Shown: one piece after another, positions 47,405 to 57,499 of the stretch
Numbering within the stretch: the first letter of the stretch is position 1
Layout: each line of letters begins with the position of its first letter
DNA from: Candidatus Latescibacterota bacterium
GTDB taxonomy: Bacteria > Latescibacterota > UBA2968 > GCA-2709665
DNA: 64,000 nucleotides
Direction of reading: 5' to 3'
Assembly (NCBI GenBank): GCA_965237675.1
Contig: OZ250150.1
Coordinates: 4,256,001 to 4,320,000 of the forward strand
Made by a program: the position numbers and the translations under genes
The notes under the pieces: model-generated
The model's input: only the letters and a program-made list of their open reading frames with translations
Databases searched by the model: none
What the model was told of the DNA's origin: nothing

Positions 47405-49414
47405 ATGCCAACACGATCGGCGAAATCGACGGGTTCTGAAAATGACACGCCCTCCGATTCGGACACAAAACAAAATCGCGGCGTGACCTTCAGGGCCATC
47501 GTCTACGGCCTTTTCTTGTCCGTGGCCATCGGCATTCTGGGCGACACGGTACGCTACATCCTCCATGCGTCGTTTATGGCGTACAGCCATATGCCCATGG
47601 GCAACCTGATCCTCAGCCTGGTCTCCATTATCCTCTGCTCGATGCTGGCCTACAAGTTCGGCCGGCGGTTTGTCTTCTCCTCGTCGGAATGGATCACGAT
47701 ATTCTGCATGGGCTTCATCAGTTCTCTGGGGCCCACCTACGGGATCAGCGGATACCTCGTGGGGGTTGTGGTCGCGCCGCACTATTTCGCCACCCAGGAG
47801 AACGAATGGGCCCGATACCTTCACCCGTATCTCCCGAGATGGCTGATTCCGGACAACGACGGCAACGCGATGGCGTGGTTCTACGAGGGCCTGCCCCAGG
47901 GCGCATCCATTCCGTGGGGTGTCTGGGCCCTGCCTCTCTTCTGGTGGTTCAGTTTTCTCTGTGCCGTCGCGCTGGCCGCGGCCTGCCTGTCGGTCATCTT
48001 TCGCAAACAGTGGTCCGAGTACGAACGCCTCGTTTTCCCCGCAATGGAACCGATCATAGAGTTCACCACGCAGGCCGGTACGGGAAAACGCTGGTTCCCA
48101 GAATTTATGAAGGGTAAGGCGTTCTGGGCCGGATTCATGCTCACCACGTTCGTATTCGGCTGGAACATGATTGCCTGGTTCTATCCCCAGTTCCCCCGTT
48201 TTCCCACGGCTTCCGCCCGATGGACCTTTTTCTCGCGGGATTTCCCGCCGGCCTTTTTCTTTCTGAGTACGGTCGTCATCTGCTTTTCGTACTTTGCCAG
48301 CCTCGAGATCCTCTTCAGCCTCTGGTTTTTCGACGTTTTGTTCATTCTCGAGGGCGGAATTCTCAGCGGGTTGGGCGTATCGGCAATCTCGCCCTATTAC
48401 GGTCGAGGCCGTTACATCTGGCAAACGGCCGGGGGGTTTACGGCCTTTGCCCTCTGGGCGATCTGGATCGCGAGACATCACCTGCGCGACGTCGTTCTGA
48501 AAGCACTCAACCCGGATCGATCGACTCCGGACGACAGCAACGAGCTTCTTTCGTACCGGCATGCCGTGCTGGGGCTCGTCGTCGGTTGTCTTTACATGGC
48601 GCTCTGGCTGGGTTGGATCGGCATGCAGGGCAAGGTGATCGTCCTGCTTATCCTGTGTATGCTCGTCGTCTATGCCACCGTTGCAAAAATACTCGCGGAC
48701 TCCGGCATCATCTACCTGAACCCACCCACGTCGGCGTGGGGTCTGGTCAGCCGGTTTCTAGGTGGCTCCCACACGTTCACCGCGCCCACCAAAATGGCAC
48801 TCGGACTTTCCTCCCGGGCGGTCAACCACTATCGGGGCCTCACCATGGGCACGATGGCCCATATCAATCGTCTGGCTGAATTCTTGCCGGCCGGCAAACG
48901 GCGGCTGTTCGGGGCCATCTGTGCGGCATTTGTGGTTGGAATGGTCACCTCCACGCTTTACACCGTCTGGCTCGGTTATACCATCGGCGGGTATAATGTT
49001 CAACCCAACTGGCTGATCATCCGTGCGGGGATCGGACAGGTAGCGGGTATTGCCAATGCCATAAAGGCCGTGAATAGCCCCATTGAACCGGTCAACTACT
49101 GGTTCTTCCTTTCCGGCGCCGCCTTCATGGCATTCTTGAATCTGATGCGCTATCGCTTTGTATGGTGGCCATTGCATCCCATCGGGTTCGCCCTGTCCGG
49201 CACGGCACTGTCTCGCCTCACCAGCGTGACCATTTTTGTCGCCTGGCTGGTCAAACTGACCATGATCAAGCTTGCGGGCGCCGCGTTTTACCGGAAATCG
49301 AGACCTTTTTTCATCGGCATGCTGGTCGGTTACATTCTGTCCGTCGCCGCCGGCGTTGTCATGGACGCCATCTGGTTCCAACCGGACGGGCACGTGGTAC
49401 ATAAATGGTATTAG
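47405..49414 (+). CDS. DUF6785/DUF6784-like multi-pass membrane protein (possible transporter)
   Basis: GVTFRAI, IPWGVWALPLFWW, IFRKQWSEYERLVFP, RYRFVWWPLHPIGF, PFFIGMLVG; many TM helices. Confidence 0.8.
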   Translation: MPTRSAKSTGSENDTPSDSDTKQNRGVTFRAIVYGLFLSVAIGILGDTVRYILHASFMAYSHMPMGNLILSLVSIILCSMLAYKFGRRFVFSSSEWITIFCMGFISSLGPTYGISGYLVGVVVAPHYFATQENEWARYLHPYLPRWLIPDNDGNAMAWFYEGLPQGASIPWGVWALPLFWWFSFLCAVALAAACLSVIFRKQWSEYERLVFPAMEPIIEFTTQAGTGKRWFPEFMKGKAFWAGFMLTTFVFGWNMIAWFYPQFPRFPTASARWTFFSRDFPPAFFFLSTVVICFSYFASLEILFSLWFFDVLFILEGGILSGLGVSAISPYYGRGRYIWQTAGGFTAFALWAIWIARHHLRDVVLKALNPDRSTPDDSNELLSYRHAVLGLVVGCLYMALWLGWIGMQGKVIVLLILCMLVVYATVAKILADSGIIYLNPPTSAWGLVSRFLGGSHTFTAPTKMALGLSSRAVNHYRGLTMGTMAHINRLAEFLPAGKRRLFGAICAAFVVGMVTSTLYTVWLGYTIGGYNVQPNWLIIRAGIGQVAGIANAIKAVNSPIEPVNYWFFLSGAAFMAFLNLMRYRFVWWPLHPIGFALSGTALSRLTSVTIFVAWLVKLTMIKLAGAAFYRKSRPFFIGMLVGYILSVAAGVVMDAIWFQPDGHVVHKWY

Positions 49415-49485
49415 CTGCGGACTGAAATTCCGAGACGTCCCAACAACGAGATCGACGCAAACCGATTCCCAATGTCGAGGTCCAT

Positions 49486-52400
49486 GTGGCACACAAGAAT
49501 ATCGCCATCGGTCTGTTCATCCTCATTGCCTTTCTCACGTTGACCCTCGTTTCCCCGCAGGCGCTCACCGACCGCCTGTTTGATTGGTTCAACATCCGTT
49601 ATCCCGAACTGCCGCCCACCAGAGTGTCCACGGGCCAACAGGAATTGGCAGACACCATCCGGGACCGTATTTCGCCGGCCGATATCGAATCGCGATTGCG
49701 CCGACTCAGCGCTTCGGGCTCGCGGGTGGTGGGCTATCCGGGCCATCGGGCCGCATCTCTTTACATTCAAGACGAGTTCAAGCACGTGGGACTGGAAAAC
49801 GTCTCCGTGGAAACCTACGACGTCACGTCGCCGGTAGACAAGGGCGGCGGCCTCCGAATCGTGGGTGAACCCGGGATCATACCCATACATGCGGTCTGGC
49901 CCAACCTGGTCCGCACGTCTACGCTGCCAGGGGCCGGACTGCGAGCCCCGCTTATCGACGCCGGCGCCGGCGAATTCGTGGATTTCAACGGAAAGGAGCC
50001 CGGCGGCAGCGTCGTACTGATGGACTTCAACTCATGGAATCGCTGGATGAATGCGCCCATGCTGGGTGCCAGGGCCATTGTCTTTATCGCTCCGGACTCG
50101 ACCACAACGGCGGAAGCAGAGCAGAAATTTTTTCAGGTTCCGCTCAACGCGCCTCGCTTCTGGATCGGTAAGTCCGAAGGGGAACGGCTTCGGCGCCGCC
50201 TGGCCGACGGCGAGCGGATGGAAGTGGAATTGACGGCGCGAATGGACTGGGAAACGCACCCCACACAAAACATCATCGGTTGGATTACGGGCACGGATCC
50301 CCAGCTTCGGGAACGCGTGGTACTCATCGACGCCTATTACGACGCCATGTCCGCGGTCCCCGCGCTGGCCCCCGGCGCCGAGCAGGCATCCGGCATCGTC
50401 GCCCTGCTTGAAATGGCCGAATACTTCAAGGCACATCCGCCCGCCCACACCATCCTTTTTCTGGCCACGTCGGCGCACCATCTCGGTTTCCGTGGCGTCT
50501 GCGACTTTCTTCGGAGGCATGCCCGAAAAGAGGAACACTTCGTCGCCCTGATGACCGACCCGATCGACATCCGGCTCTGGATCTCCCTGGACCTCTCCTC
50601 GCAATCCGACCAGATGGCCGTTTGGAACGGTTCCACCGCGTTTTACTATCAGCGTTTTTTTACACCTCTCGGGAAACGCTTCACCTCCCTCGGCGCGGAC
50701 CTGGCGCCGGCATTCGGCATGGACGCAAAGCGGTCGCTCGTTGACGGTATCAACCCACCGTCGGGTATGAGTTGGAGCATGTTCATTCCCGGCGGAAATA
50801 TAAAGACCGATTCGCAGGTCGTGCTTACCGCGGGCATGCCGACACTCGCTTTCGTGACGATCAACGATGCGCGCTTTAGAGTGGATACACCCTTTGACAC
50901 CGTGGAGCAACTCAATCTGACCAACCTGACGAATCAGATCCGCCTCCTTACCGCGGTACTCAGCAGAGCCCTCGACGAGCCGACATTCCTGCCGGATTAT
51001 CGCGTCAAGATGAAGGATCGCATGCGCGCCCTGAGGGGGCGTCTCCTCACCTACCCCCGGCGCAGCATCACCCCGGACCGGCCACGTAAGGGCGCCGTGG
51101 CGGTATTGCGGATGTCCCACGAAAAGTCCGTCAAGGGCGTGCGCGCGATATTCTACGATCAGGCCGACGAAAACGGCGAGTTCTACATTCCCGGTCTCGC
51201 AGTGCGCTGGGTCGGCCTGGATGCGTATCACCTGGACCCGGAGAGCGGCGAAATCACCTACGCGTCGGATCGGGGGCAGGCCGCCCGGATCTACAAACCC
51301 GAATTCGGAATGGACTGGTGGGTTACCCGCGCCACACGCATCATGTTTCCCTGTGTTTCAACAGACTTCTACGAAACCGTGGATCCACGTTACCTCACCA
51401 AACTCACGAATCTCACCATTTACGGCGACGGGAACACCGCCCCGCAGGAATATGGCTATACGCTGGGTTACGGCCCCAACGAGCCGGTCGGCGTGGTCTT
51501 CACCCGCCCGGGCGTCAAACTCAAACTCACCATGCAGAGCAGAGGTATCGGCATCCGCTACCTGCTGCTGAATGCAACCGATACGACAAGCGTTGAAGCC
51601 GCACGCAAAAGCGGGTTTGTGGCCTCCACACACGGTGCAATCACACACACGGCGTACCAGGCCGCAAAAGACATGTGGATCCTGGACCACGCCAGGATGC
51701 GTGAACTTCACGAATACGGCATCGAAAATGACCGTCTTACTGACTTGCACGATCGGGCAAGGGAGCATCTGGATCAGGCGGACGCGGCCCGGCAACAATT
51801 GCGGTGGGATGATTTCGTGAGACATTCCCGAGCCGCGCTTGGCCTTGAGTCACGCGCGTATCCGGATGTGAAGGGAACACAGAACGACGTGATCCGTGGT
51901 ATTATCTTCTTTATGGCGCTGGTTCTTCCGTGTGCGTTTTTCGGCGAACGACTCATTTTTACGGCGGTGGATATCCGATGGCAGATTGCCGGCTCCGCCG
52001 GTATCTTCCTGGTCATCTGGATCTTTCTGTGGGTCGTCCATCCCGCGTTCGACCTTTCCAATCCTTTCGTCATCCTCCTCGCCTTTGTGCTCCTGTGCCT
52101 GGCCACCTTCGTCATCAGCCTGGTTTTCTCCCGCTTCAACAGTCAGATGCGCAACCTGCGTACGGAGGCCGCCATTATCCACGACGTGGACGTGGGCCGG
52201 ATTTCCGCCTCGCTGGCGGCTTTTCATCTGGGTATCGCCAATATGAAAAAGCGCAAACTCAGAACGCTGCTCACCTTTTCCACGCTCGTCCTGCTCACCT
52301 TCACCGTGTTGTCGTTCACATCGATCAAATCCCAACTCAGCTATCATCAGATCAAACGAAACAACCTGGGTCAGTATCCGGGAATGCTCATCCGCAGCAA

Positions 52401-54024
52401 GTACTGGGCGCCGCTGGAGGAATCCGTTCTGGACTACGCTCACGCCAACTTCGGAAGGGAAGCCGTCGTGGCGGCACGGAGCTGGTACGCCTCCAAGGAA
52501 AAGAAGGCGATCCAGGTCGTATCGGACAGCGCATCCGCCAACGCGCTGGGCATAGTCGGTCTGACCTCGGAGGAGACCGAAGTCATCGGGATTCAAAGCT
52601 GTCTGTCCGCGGGTCGGTGGTTTCGGCCGGGCGAACGAAACGTCGCCGTGTTGCCTGAGGCCATGGCGAAACTCCTGAAGATCAGCGAATCCGATGTCGG
52701 GCACACTCAGGTACGCCTCTTTGGGGAGCATTTCACGGTCGTCGGACTGATCAACGCAGAGCGCATGAAAGATCTCGACGACCTCGACGGCGAGCCCCTC
52801 ACGCCCGCCGATTTTGTCCTGACCGACGAGAACGTCTTCATGCAGATGGCCCAACAGGAAAAACGCGAAAAGGCGGGCCTTGAACAAACCGACGTCGAAA
52901 TCATGGAATTCGAACACCTCGACCCGGCAAACGTCATGGTGGTCCCTTACCAGACCCTCAGGGAGGTCAGCAGCCCGCTTCAGGCGATTGCCATCCGGTT
53001 TCGGGATCCGACGGTGGTCGAACAACGAGTGGTAGACTTTATCTCCCGGCTTTCCGTCGTCCTCTTCGCGGGGATACCCGAAGTCTCGCCCGAGGGAAAG
53101 ATCGGGCGCATTTCCGTTTCCGTCTACTCCTCGTTCGGGCACGCGTCGCCGCAAGGCCTGAGCAACCTCTTCATTCCCATCGCCATTGCCGCCCTGATCG
53201 TGTTGAACACCATGATGGGGTCCGTGTACGAGCGGTTCCGTGAAATCGGCATCTATTCGTCGGTCGGTCTGGCGCCCGTACACATCGCCTTTCTGTTCCT
53301 GGCCGAGTCCTGCGTATACGCGGTACTCGGCGCGGTATCCGGTTATCTACTTGCGCAGGGCGTGTCCAAAGTCCTTCTCTGGCAAGGGCTTCTACAGGGC
53401 ATCACGGTGAATTACTCCTCCGTGTCGGCCATGGCCTCCTCCACACTTGTTATGCTTGTGGTGATCCTGTCCACCGTCTACCCCGCCCGGCGGGCTTCCC
53501 AGTTGGCCGTTCCGGACATCACACGGCGCTGGAAACTCCCCGAACCGGATGCGGACCGCTGGCATTTTGAATTCCCGTTCACCATATCGGGCAACGAGGT
53601 CCTGGGTCTGTTCACCTTTCTCACCAGATATTTCGACTTCCATACGGAAAGTTCGATGGGTAATTTCTTCACCCACGGCGCCGACCTATCCACGCATGAC
53701 GCAGAAAGCGGTAGGGGATATCGGATAGAAACGACCATATGGCTGGCGCCTTTCGATCTCGGCGTCAGCCAGACCATCCGCCTGGCGTCCATGCCCACGG
53801 GAAACTTCGACATCCACGCCCTCGAAATTACGATTGACCGGCTTTCGGGCGACGTCTCCTCGTGGAAACGATGCAACCAGCGCTTTGTGAACCAGGTCCG
53901 AAAACAGTTTCTCATCTGGCGTACCATTCCGGAAGAAAGCAAGCGTCAATACGGCACCGAGGGCAGTGAACTGATCGAGCAGGGACAGGCGTCCGCTCTG
54001 CAGCCAACTGAGGAGAACGTCTGA
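49486..54024 (+). CDS. Large fusion: M28-peptidase-like domain plus MacB/FtsX-like ABC permease
   Basis: SRVVGYPG, NIIGWITG, AYYD..APGAEQASGIVALLE; later ANMKKRKLRTLLT and NTMMGSVYERFREIGIYSSVG. Confidence 0.85.
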   Translation: MAHKNIAIGLFILIAFLTLTLVSPQALTDRLFDWFNIRYPELPPTRVSTGQQELADTIRDRISPADIESRLRRLSASGSRVVGYPGHRAASLYIQDEFKHVGLENVSVETYDVTSPVDKGGGLRIVGEPGIIPIHAVWPNLVRTSTLPGAGLRAPLIDAGAGEFVDFNGKEPGGSVVLMDFNSWNRWMNAPMLGARAIVFIAPDSTTTAEAEQKFFQVPLNAPRFWIGKSEGERLRRRLADGERMEVELTARMDWETHPTQNIIGWITGTDPQLRERVVLIDAYYDAMSAVPALAPGAEQASGIVALLEMAEYFKAHPPAHTILFLATSAHHLGFRGVCDFLRRHARKEEHFVALMTDPIDIRLWISLDLSSQSDQMAVWNGSTAFYYQRFFTPLGKRFTSLGADLAPAFGMDAKRSLVDGINPPSGMSWSMFIPGGNIKTDSQVVLTAGMPTLAFVTINDARFRVDTPFDTVEQLNLTNLTNQIRLLTAVLSRALDEPTFLPDYRVKMKDRMRALRGRLLTYPRRSITPDRPRKGAVAVLRMSHEKSVKGVRAIFYDQADENGEFYIPGLAVRWVGLDAYHLDPESGEITYASDRGQAARIYKPEFGMDWWVTRATRIMFPCVSTDFYETVDPRYLTKLTNLTIYGDGNTAPQEYGYTLGYGPNEPVGVVFTRPGVKLKLTMQSRGIGIRYLLLNATDTTSVEAARKSGFVASTHGAITHTAYQAAKDMWILDHARMRELHEYGIENDRLTDLHDRAREHLDQADAARQQLRWDDFVRHSRAALGLESRAYPDVKGTQNDVIRGIIFFMALVLPCAFFGERLIFTAVDIRWQIAGSAGIFLVIWIFLWVVHPAFDLSNPFVILLAFVLLCLATFVISLVFSRFNSQMRNLRTEAAIIHDVDVGRISASLAAFHLGIANMKKRKLRTLLTFSTLVLLTFTVLSFTSIKSQLSYHQIKRNNLGQYPGMLIRSKYWAPLEESVLDYAHANFGREAVVAARSWYASKEKKAIQVVSDSASANALGIVGLTSEETEVIGIQSCLSAGRWFRPGERNVAVLPEAMAKLLKISESDVGHTQVRLFGEHFTVVGLINAERMKDLDDLDGEPLTPADFVLTDENVFMQMAQQEKREKAGLEQTDVEIMEFEHLDPANVMVVPYQTLREVSSPLQAIAIRFRDPTVVEQRVVDFISRLSVVLFAGIPEVSPEGKIGRISVSVYSSFGHASPQGLSNLFIPIAIAALIVLNTMMGSVYERFREIGIYSSVGLAPVHIAFLFLAESCVYAVLGAVSGYLLAQGVSKVLLWQGLLQGITVNYSSVSAMASSTLVMLVVILSTVYPARRASQLAVPDITRRWKLPEPDADRWHFEFPFTISGNEVLGLFTFLTRYFDFHTESSMGNFFTHGADLSTHDAESGRGYRIETTIWLAPFDLGVSQTIRLASMPTGNFDIHALEITIDRLSGDVSSWKRCNQRFVNQVRKQFLIWRTIPEESKRQYGTEGSELIEQGQASALQPTEENV

Positions 54025-54113
54025 TGCGTATACGCTTCGTCCTCACGTCCCAGGCGTCCGCCACTCCCCAGGGCTCGGCGAACAGGTACACGCACGTGCA
54101 ACGGGAACCCTGA
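54024..54113 (+). CDS. Candidate 29-aa upstream ORF ending Glu-Pro-stop
   Basis: GAGGAG SD, TGATG overlap with the upstream gene, in frame with the speD start. Confidence 0.3.
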   Translation: MRIRFVLTSQASATPQGSANRYTHVQREP

Positions 54114-54116
54114 ACT

Positions 54117-55424
54117 GTGCCTCTGGGGCGACACATTCTGGTGGAACTCTACGGGTCTCCCGCATCCGTACTGGACGACGTCATCCGCATCGAGGCGTGC
54201 ATGGTCCGCGCGGCTCGCGCGGCGAACGCCACAATTATCAACTCCTCCTTCCACCGTTTCTCACCCTACGGCGTCTCTGGCGTTGTTGTCATCCACGAAA
54301 GCCACCTGTCCATCCACACCTGGCCCGAGCATGGATTCTCGGCCGTCGACCTGTTCACCTGCGGCGACACGATCAACCCGTGGACGGCATACGAAACGCT
54401 GAAGTCGGACCTGAAGGCCACCCACGGAACAACCCGTGAAATTGACCGCGGACAACTCAACGCCCCGGCCCAGACCGGCACGTTTTCGACACAGGCGGCC
54501 TCCGAAGCGCCTCCGGAGCACATCCGTAATCTGTGGTTTACCAGAAGAGAAGAACACATCGCCCTATCGCTCAGGCACGCCGGCGCGCTTTTTCAGCAAC
54601 AGTCGCCTCATCAGAAGATCGAAGTCCTCGACACCTACGGGTACGGTAAAATGCTGGTGATCGACGGGGCCGTTACGTGCACGGAACACGACGAACACAT
54701 CTACCACGAAATGATCGTCCATGTACCCATGCAAACCCACCCCGATGCGAGGCGGGCCCTGGTCATCGGGGGCGGCGACGGAGGGGCTGTTCGGGAACTG
54801 ATGCGTTACGATCGGATCGAGCAGGTTGTCGTGGTTGAACTCGACGCCACAGTTGTCGAAGCCTGCAGGCAGCACTTCCCCGCCCTCGCTCGGGCTTTCG
54901 ACGATCCCAGGCTCTCGCTTCATATTGCCGATGGCTTCGCCTACATCCAAACCTGCCCCGTCGAATCCTTCGACCTGGTTATTGTGGATGTCGCGAATCC
55001 CTCCGGCGGGTCCCGGCATCTCTTTTCCGAACGATTCTACCGGCGCGTCCACGAAAGCCTTCGGCCCGTTGGCGTCATGGTCGCCCAGACCGAACCTCCC
55101 GCCCTCAACAGCGAGACGTTCGCGACAATATACAAACGCCAGGAGGCGGTATTCGGCACCGAATACGTCCACTGCTACCTCGCCTACATCCCCACCTATA
55201 CAACCGGGTTGCTCAGCTTCTCCTATGCCGCAAAGGGGTGCGTGGACCCGCTGGACGCCCTCGACATGCTGAATGCCCGCCAATTCTCGCAAGCACACGG
55301 CTTGCAATACTACAACGACGAGATTCACAAAGCGGCTTTTGTCCTTCCCACCTTTCTCAGACGTCTTCTGCGAGACGAAACGCCATCGCCGGGGTGTTCC
55401 GAACGCCGAGAGATCCACGGGTGA
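54117..55424 (+). CDS. speD/speE: Fused S-adenosylmethionine decarboxylase and spermidine synthase
   Basis: [30 protein letters not shown] (ES cleavage site); then [34 protein letters not shown]. Confidence 0.93.
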   Translation: MPLGRHILVELYGSPASVLDDVIRIEACMVRAARAANATIINSSFHRFSPYGVSGVVVIHESHLSIHTWPEHGFSAVDLFTCGDTINPWTAYETLKSDLKATHGTTREIDRGQLNAPAQTGTFSTQAASEAPPEHIRNLWFTRREEHIALSLRHAGALFQQQSPHQKIEVLDTYGYGKMLVIDGAVTCTEHDEHIYHEMIVHVPMQTHPDARRALVIGGGDGGAVRELMRYDRIEQVVVVELDATVVEACRQHFPALARAFDDPRLSLHIADGFAYIQTCPVESFDLVIVDVANPSGGSRHLFSERFYRRVHESLRPVGVMVAQTEPPALNSETFATIYKRQEAVFGTEYVHCYLAYIPTYTTGLLSFSYAAKGCVDPLDALDMLNARQFSQAHGLQYYNDEIHKAAFVLPTFLRRLLRDETPSPGCSERREIHG

Positions 55425-55541
55425 CCGTCACGTAATCTCGCGGGAGTTGCATCCGGAATTTGCGGTGAACAACCGGATTTTTCCATCCTGGCGTCCCACC
55501 GAAGCCATTGGCCAATTGACCCGGGTTCGTTTACTTTCTTG

Positions 55542-55570
55542 TTGACAATGCGCTTGCTTGACCTTAGCTT
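55542..55570 (+). promoter_or_regulatory. sigma70-type promoter for the RDD gene
   Basis: TTGACA (55542-55547), 17 bp spacer, TAGCTT (55565-55570). Confidence 0.55.
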
Positions 55571-55620
55571 CTGCGACAACCGCGATCCGCCATTCGCTGC
55601 AGAGAAGGAAAGGAAACGAC

Positions 55621-56166
55621 ATGGCAGACGACCAACCCGTAGAGATCCGCCCGGTTGACGCCACAGCCGGTAGAATCGGATTCGGCAAACGCCTCGGGGC
55701 ACTGATGATCGACCTCATTATTGTCTCCATCCTGGTATGGATTGTCGGATCCGTCACCGGTGAGCCGCCATCTGAGCGCGGTTCCGGATTACACGATCTA
55801 TCCAATCTGGCACAAATGGTGGCCGGCGTGGGTCTGGCTGTATCCCTTGTTCAACTCCTGTACTGGTTGATCGAGGGAATGACCGGCGCCTCGCCGGGCA
55901 AGATGATTCTCAAGATCCGAATCGGGGATGCGGGCGGCACAACGGCTGCCACAGGAACACTTATTCTGCGCATGGTTATCAAGCAGATCAACGTCGTTGC
56001 CGCGTTTCTCGTCGCGCTTACCGGGAGTCACCTGCTGGCGTGGGTCGGGGTGGTGGGATGGATCATCGTCGCTATCGGATGCTTCCTCGCCCTGGGCGCC
56101 GCCAGACAGGCGCTGCACGACAGAATTGTCCAGACCGCCGTGTTCCCGGCGGAAACGCGTGCCTGA
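55621..56166 (+). CDS. RDD family membrane protein
   Basis: GFGKRLGALMID, GASPGKMILKIRI, RQALHDRIVQTAV; AAGGA SD. Confidence 0.9.
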   Translation: MADDQPVEIRPVDATAGRIGFGKRLGALMIDLIIVSILVWIVGSVTGEPPSERGSGLHDLSNLAQMVAGVGLAVSLVQLLYWLIEGMTGASPGKMILKIRIGDAGGTTAATGTLILRMVIKQINVVAAFLVALTGSHLLAWVGVVGWIIVAIGCFLALGAARQALHDRIVQTAVFPAETRA

Positions 56167-56228
56167 ACCGTTTCTCGATCCCGAAATTCTCCCTGAACGG
56201 CGTGTCATGGGAGAATTTTGTATACATT

Positions 56229-57002
56229 ATGGGAACAATCGGCGAATTGACATCCGCAGGGAAAGATCTCGTGCTGCGGTCACACACGGTCGATTCACTG
56301 AGCCGGGACCTGAGAAACCTCGGTATCGAGTCGGGCGATACGCTCTTCATACACTCTTCGTTCAAAAGCCTCGGACAGGTCGAAGGCGGTGCGTCCGCGG
56401 TTGTCCGGGCCCTGGAGAATGCGACGAATCCGGACGGCCTCATCCTGATGCCCTCGTTCAATCTCCTGGAGCATACCCGTTTGCGCGCCCAGACGTGGGA
56501 CCCGGAAACGACCCCCTCAACAGTGGGTTGGCTCACCGAATTTTTCCGCGCCATACCTGACACGTATCGCTCCGACCACTATTCCCATTCCGTCGCGGCC
56601 CGCGGCAGAAACGCCCGGGTGTTTGTCGGCGGCCATCGCGACAAAAAGGGGCGTTCTTCGCCCTGGGACCTCGATCCGTGGGGAACAACCTTCGGAGACA
56701 ACTCACCGATGGTTAAGGCGTACGAGTCGGACGGCAAACTCGTCATGCTGGGCGTCACCTACGACTCTTCAACGTATATTCACCTTGTTGAAGTCATCTG
56801 CTGGCACCGACGCCTCGAAAGCGATCCTGGCGCCAAATACGCATGGATCAACCGGACGGTGCTGGGCGCGTTCTGGGAAGAGAACGGCAAGCTCAATCGG
56901 GGACCGGTGGGCGATGCCGAGGGCCGACTCTTTTCCATAAGGACGTACGTCGATACCCTTGTCGCCGAAGTCGAACGCATGCCCGGGGCGTATTTGAAAT
57001 AG
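56229..57002 (+). CDS. AAC(3) family N-acetyltransferase-like protein
   Basis: LRNLGIESGDTLFIHSSFKSLG, GLILMPSF, RSDHYSHSVAARG, LGVTYDSSTYIHLVE. Confidence 0.88.
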   Translation: MGTIGELTSAGKDLVLRSHTVDSLSRDLRNLGIESGDTLFIHSSFKSLGQVEGGASAVVRALENATNPDGLILMPSFNLLEHTRLRAQTWDPETTPSTVGWLTEFFRAIPDTYRSDHYSHSVAARGRNARVFVGGHRDKKGRSSPWDLDPWGTTFGDNSPMVKAYESDGKLVMLGVTYDSSTYIHLVEVICWHRRLESDPGAKYAWINRTVLGAFWEENGKLNRGPVGDAEGRLFSIRTYVDTLVAEVERMPGAYLK

Positions 57003-57104
57003 GCGGGGCGTCGCTACGCGCAGCGCCGCCCCGCGTCCGGCGACGCCGTGGACGGGAAGGACCACGCTACACTGTCCGAAACCGAGACCGAAAAGGAGGC
57101 TGTC

Positions 57105-57353
57105 GTGACGTCGGTACAGGCCGCAACGCTGCGAAACGCCCTTGAAAACTTGATGGATGCCATCGGAAAAAAGGAACCGATCTCCGACCACCTGCTTAAT
57201 TTGTCCACACTCCAACGGAGACTCGCCCCCGTCACATCCCCGCACCTGAAACATTTTCTTCAGAACAGAAGTTATACAAAGGCACTCGAATACCTCCGGA
57301 ACGGCGTCGTCATCGAGGACCCGCAACGCCCCGACTGCGACGACGACGGATAA
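57105..57353 (+). CDS. Small hypothetical protein
   Basis: AAGGAGG SD before GTG 57105; helical, HFLQNRSYTKALEYL. Confidence 0.65.
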   Translation: MTSVQAATLRNALENLMDAIGKKEPISDHLLNLSTLQRRLAPVTSPHLKHFLQNRSYTKALEYLRNGVVIEDPQRPDCDDDG

Positions 57354-57499
57354 CTCCGGATTTTCGACGAAAGCCTCTTCCTCGGATCCGGATATCAATT
57401 CAGGGACGGTTAACCGCCTCGCCTGGTCGATTTCCGAGCCGGTCGACCGGAATTCGCCCGTACCCGCCCGTCCATACCGCAATTCGGAAAGGTTTCGCC

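Noticed and set aside
46187-48562. 791-aa minus-strand ORF and similar long antisense ORFs (17472-18743, 36416 extension, 40096-41532, 50032-51231, 51850-53283)
   Set aside because: Shadow or run-on frames over well-supported genes in GC-rich DNA, with no recognisable motifs
57003-57034. GC-rich hairpin GCGGGGCG/CGCCCCGC after the AAC(3)-like gene
   Set aside because: No U-tract and no second copy seen, so it cannot be called a terminator or REP element
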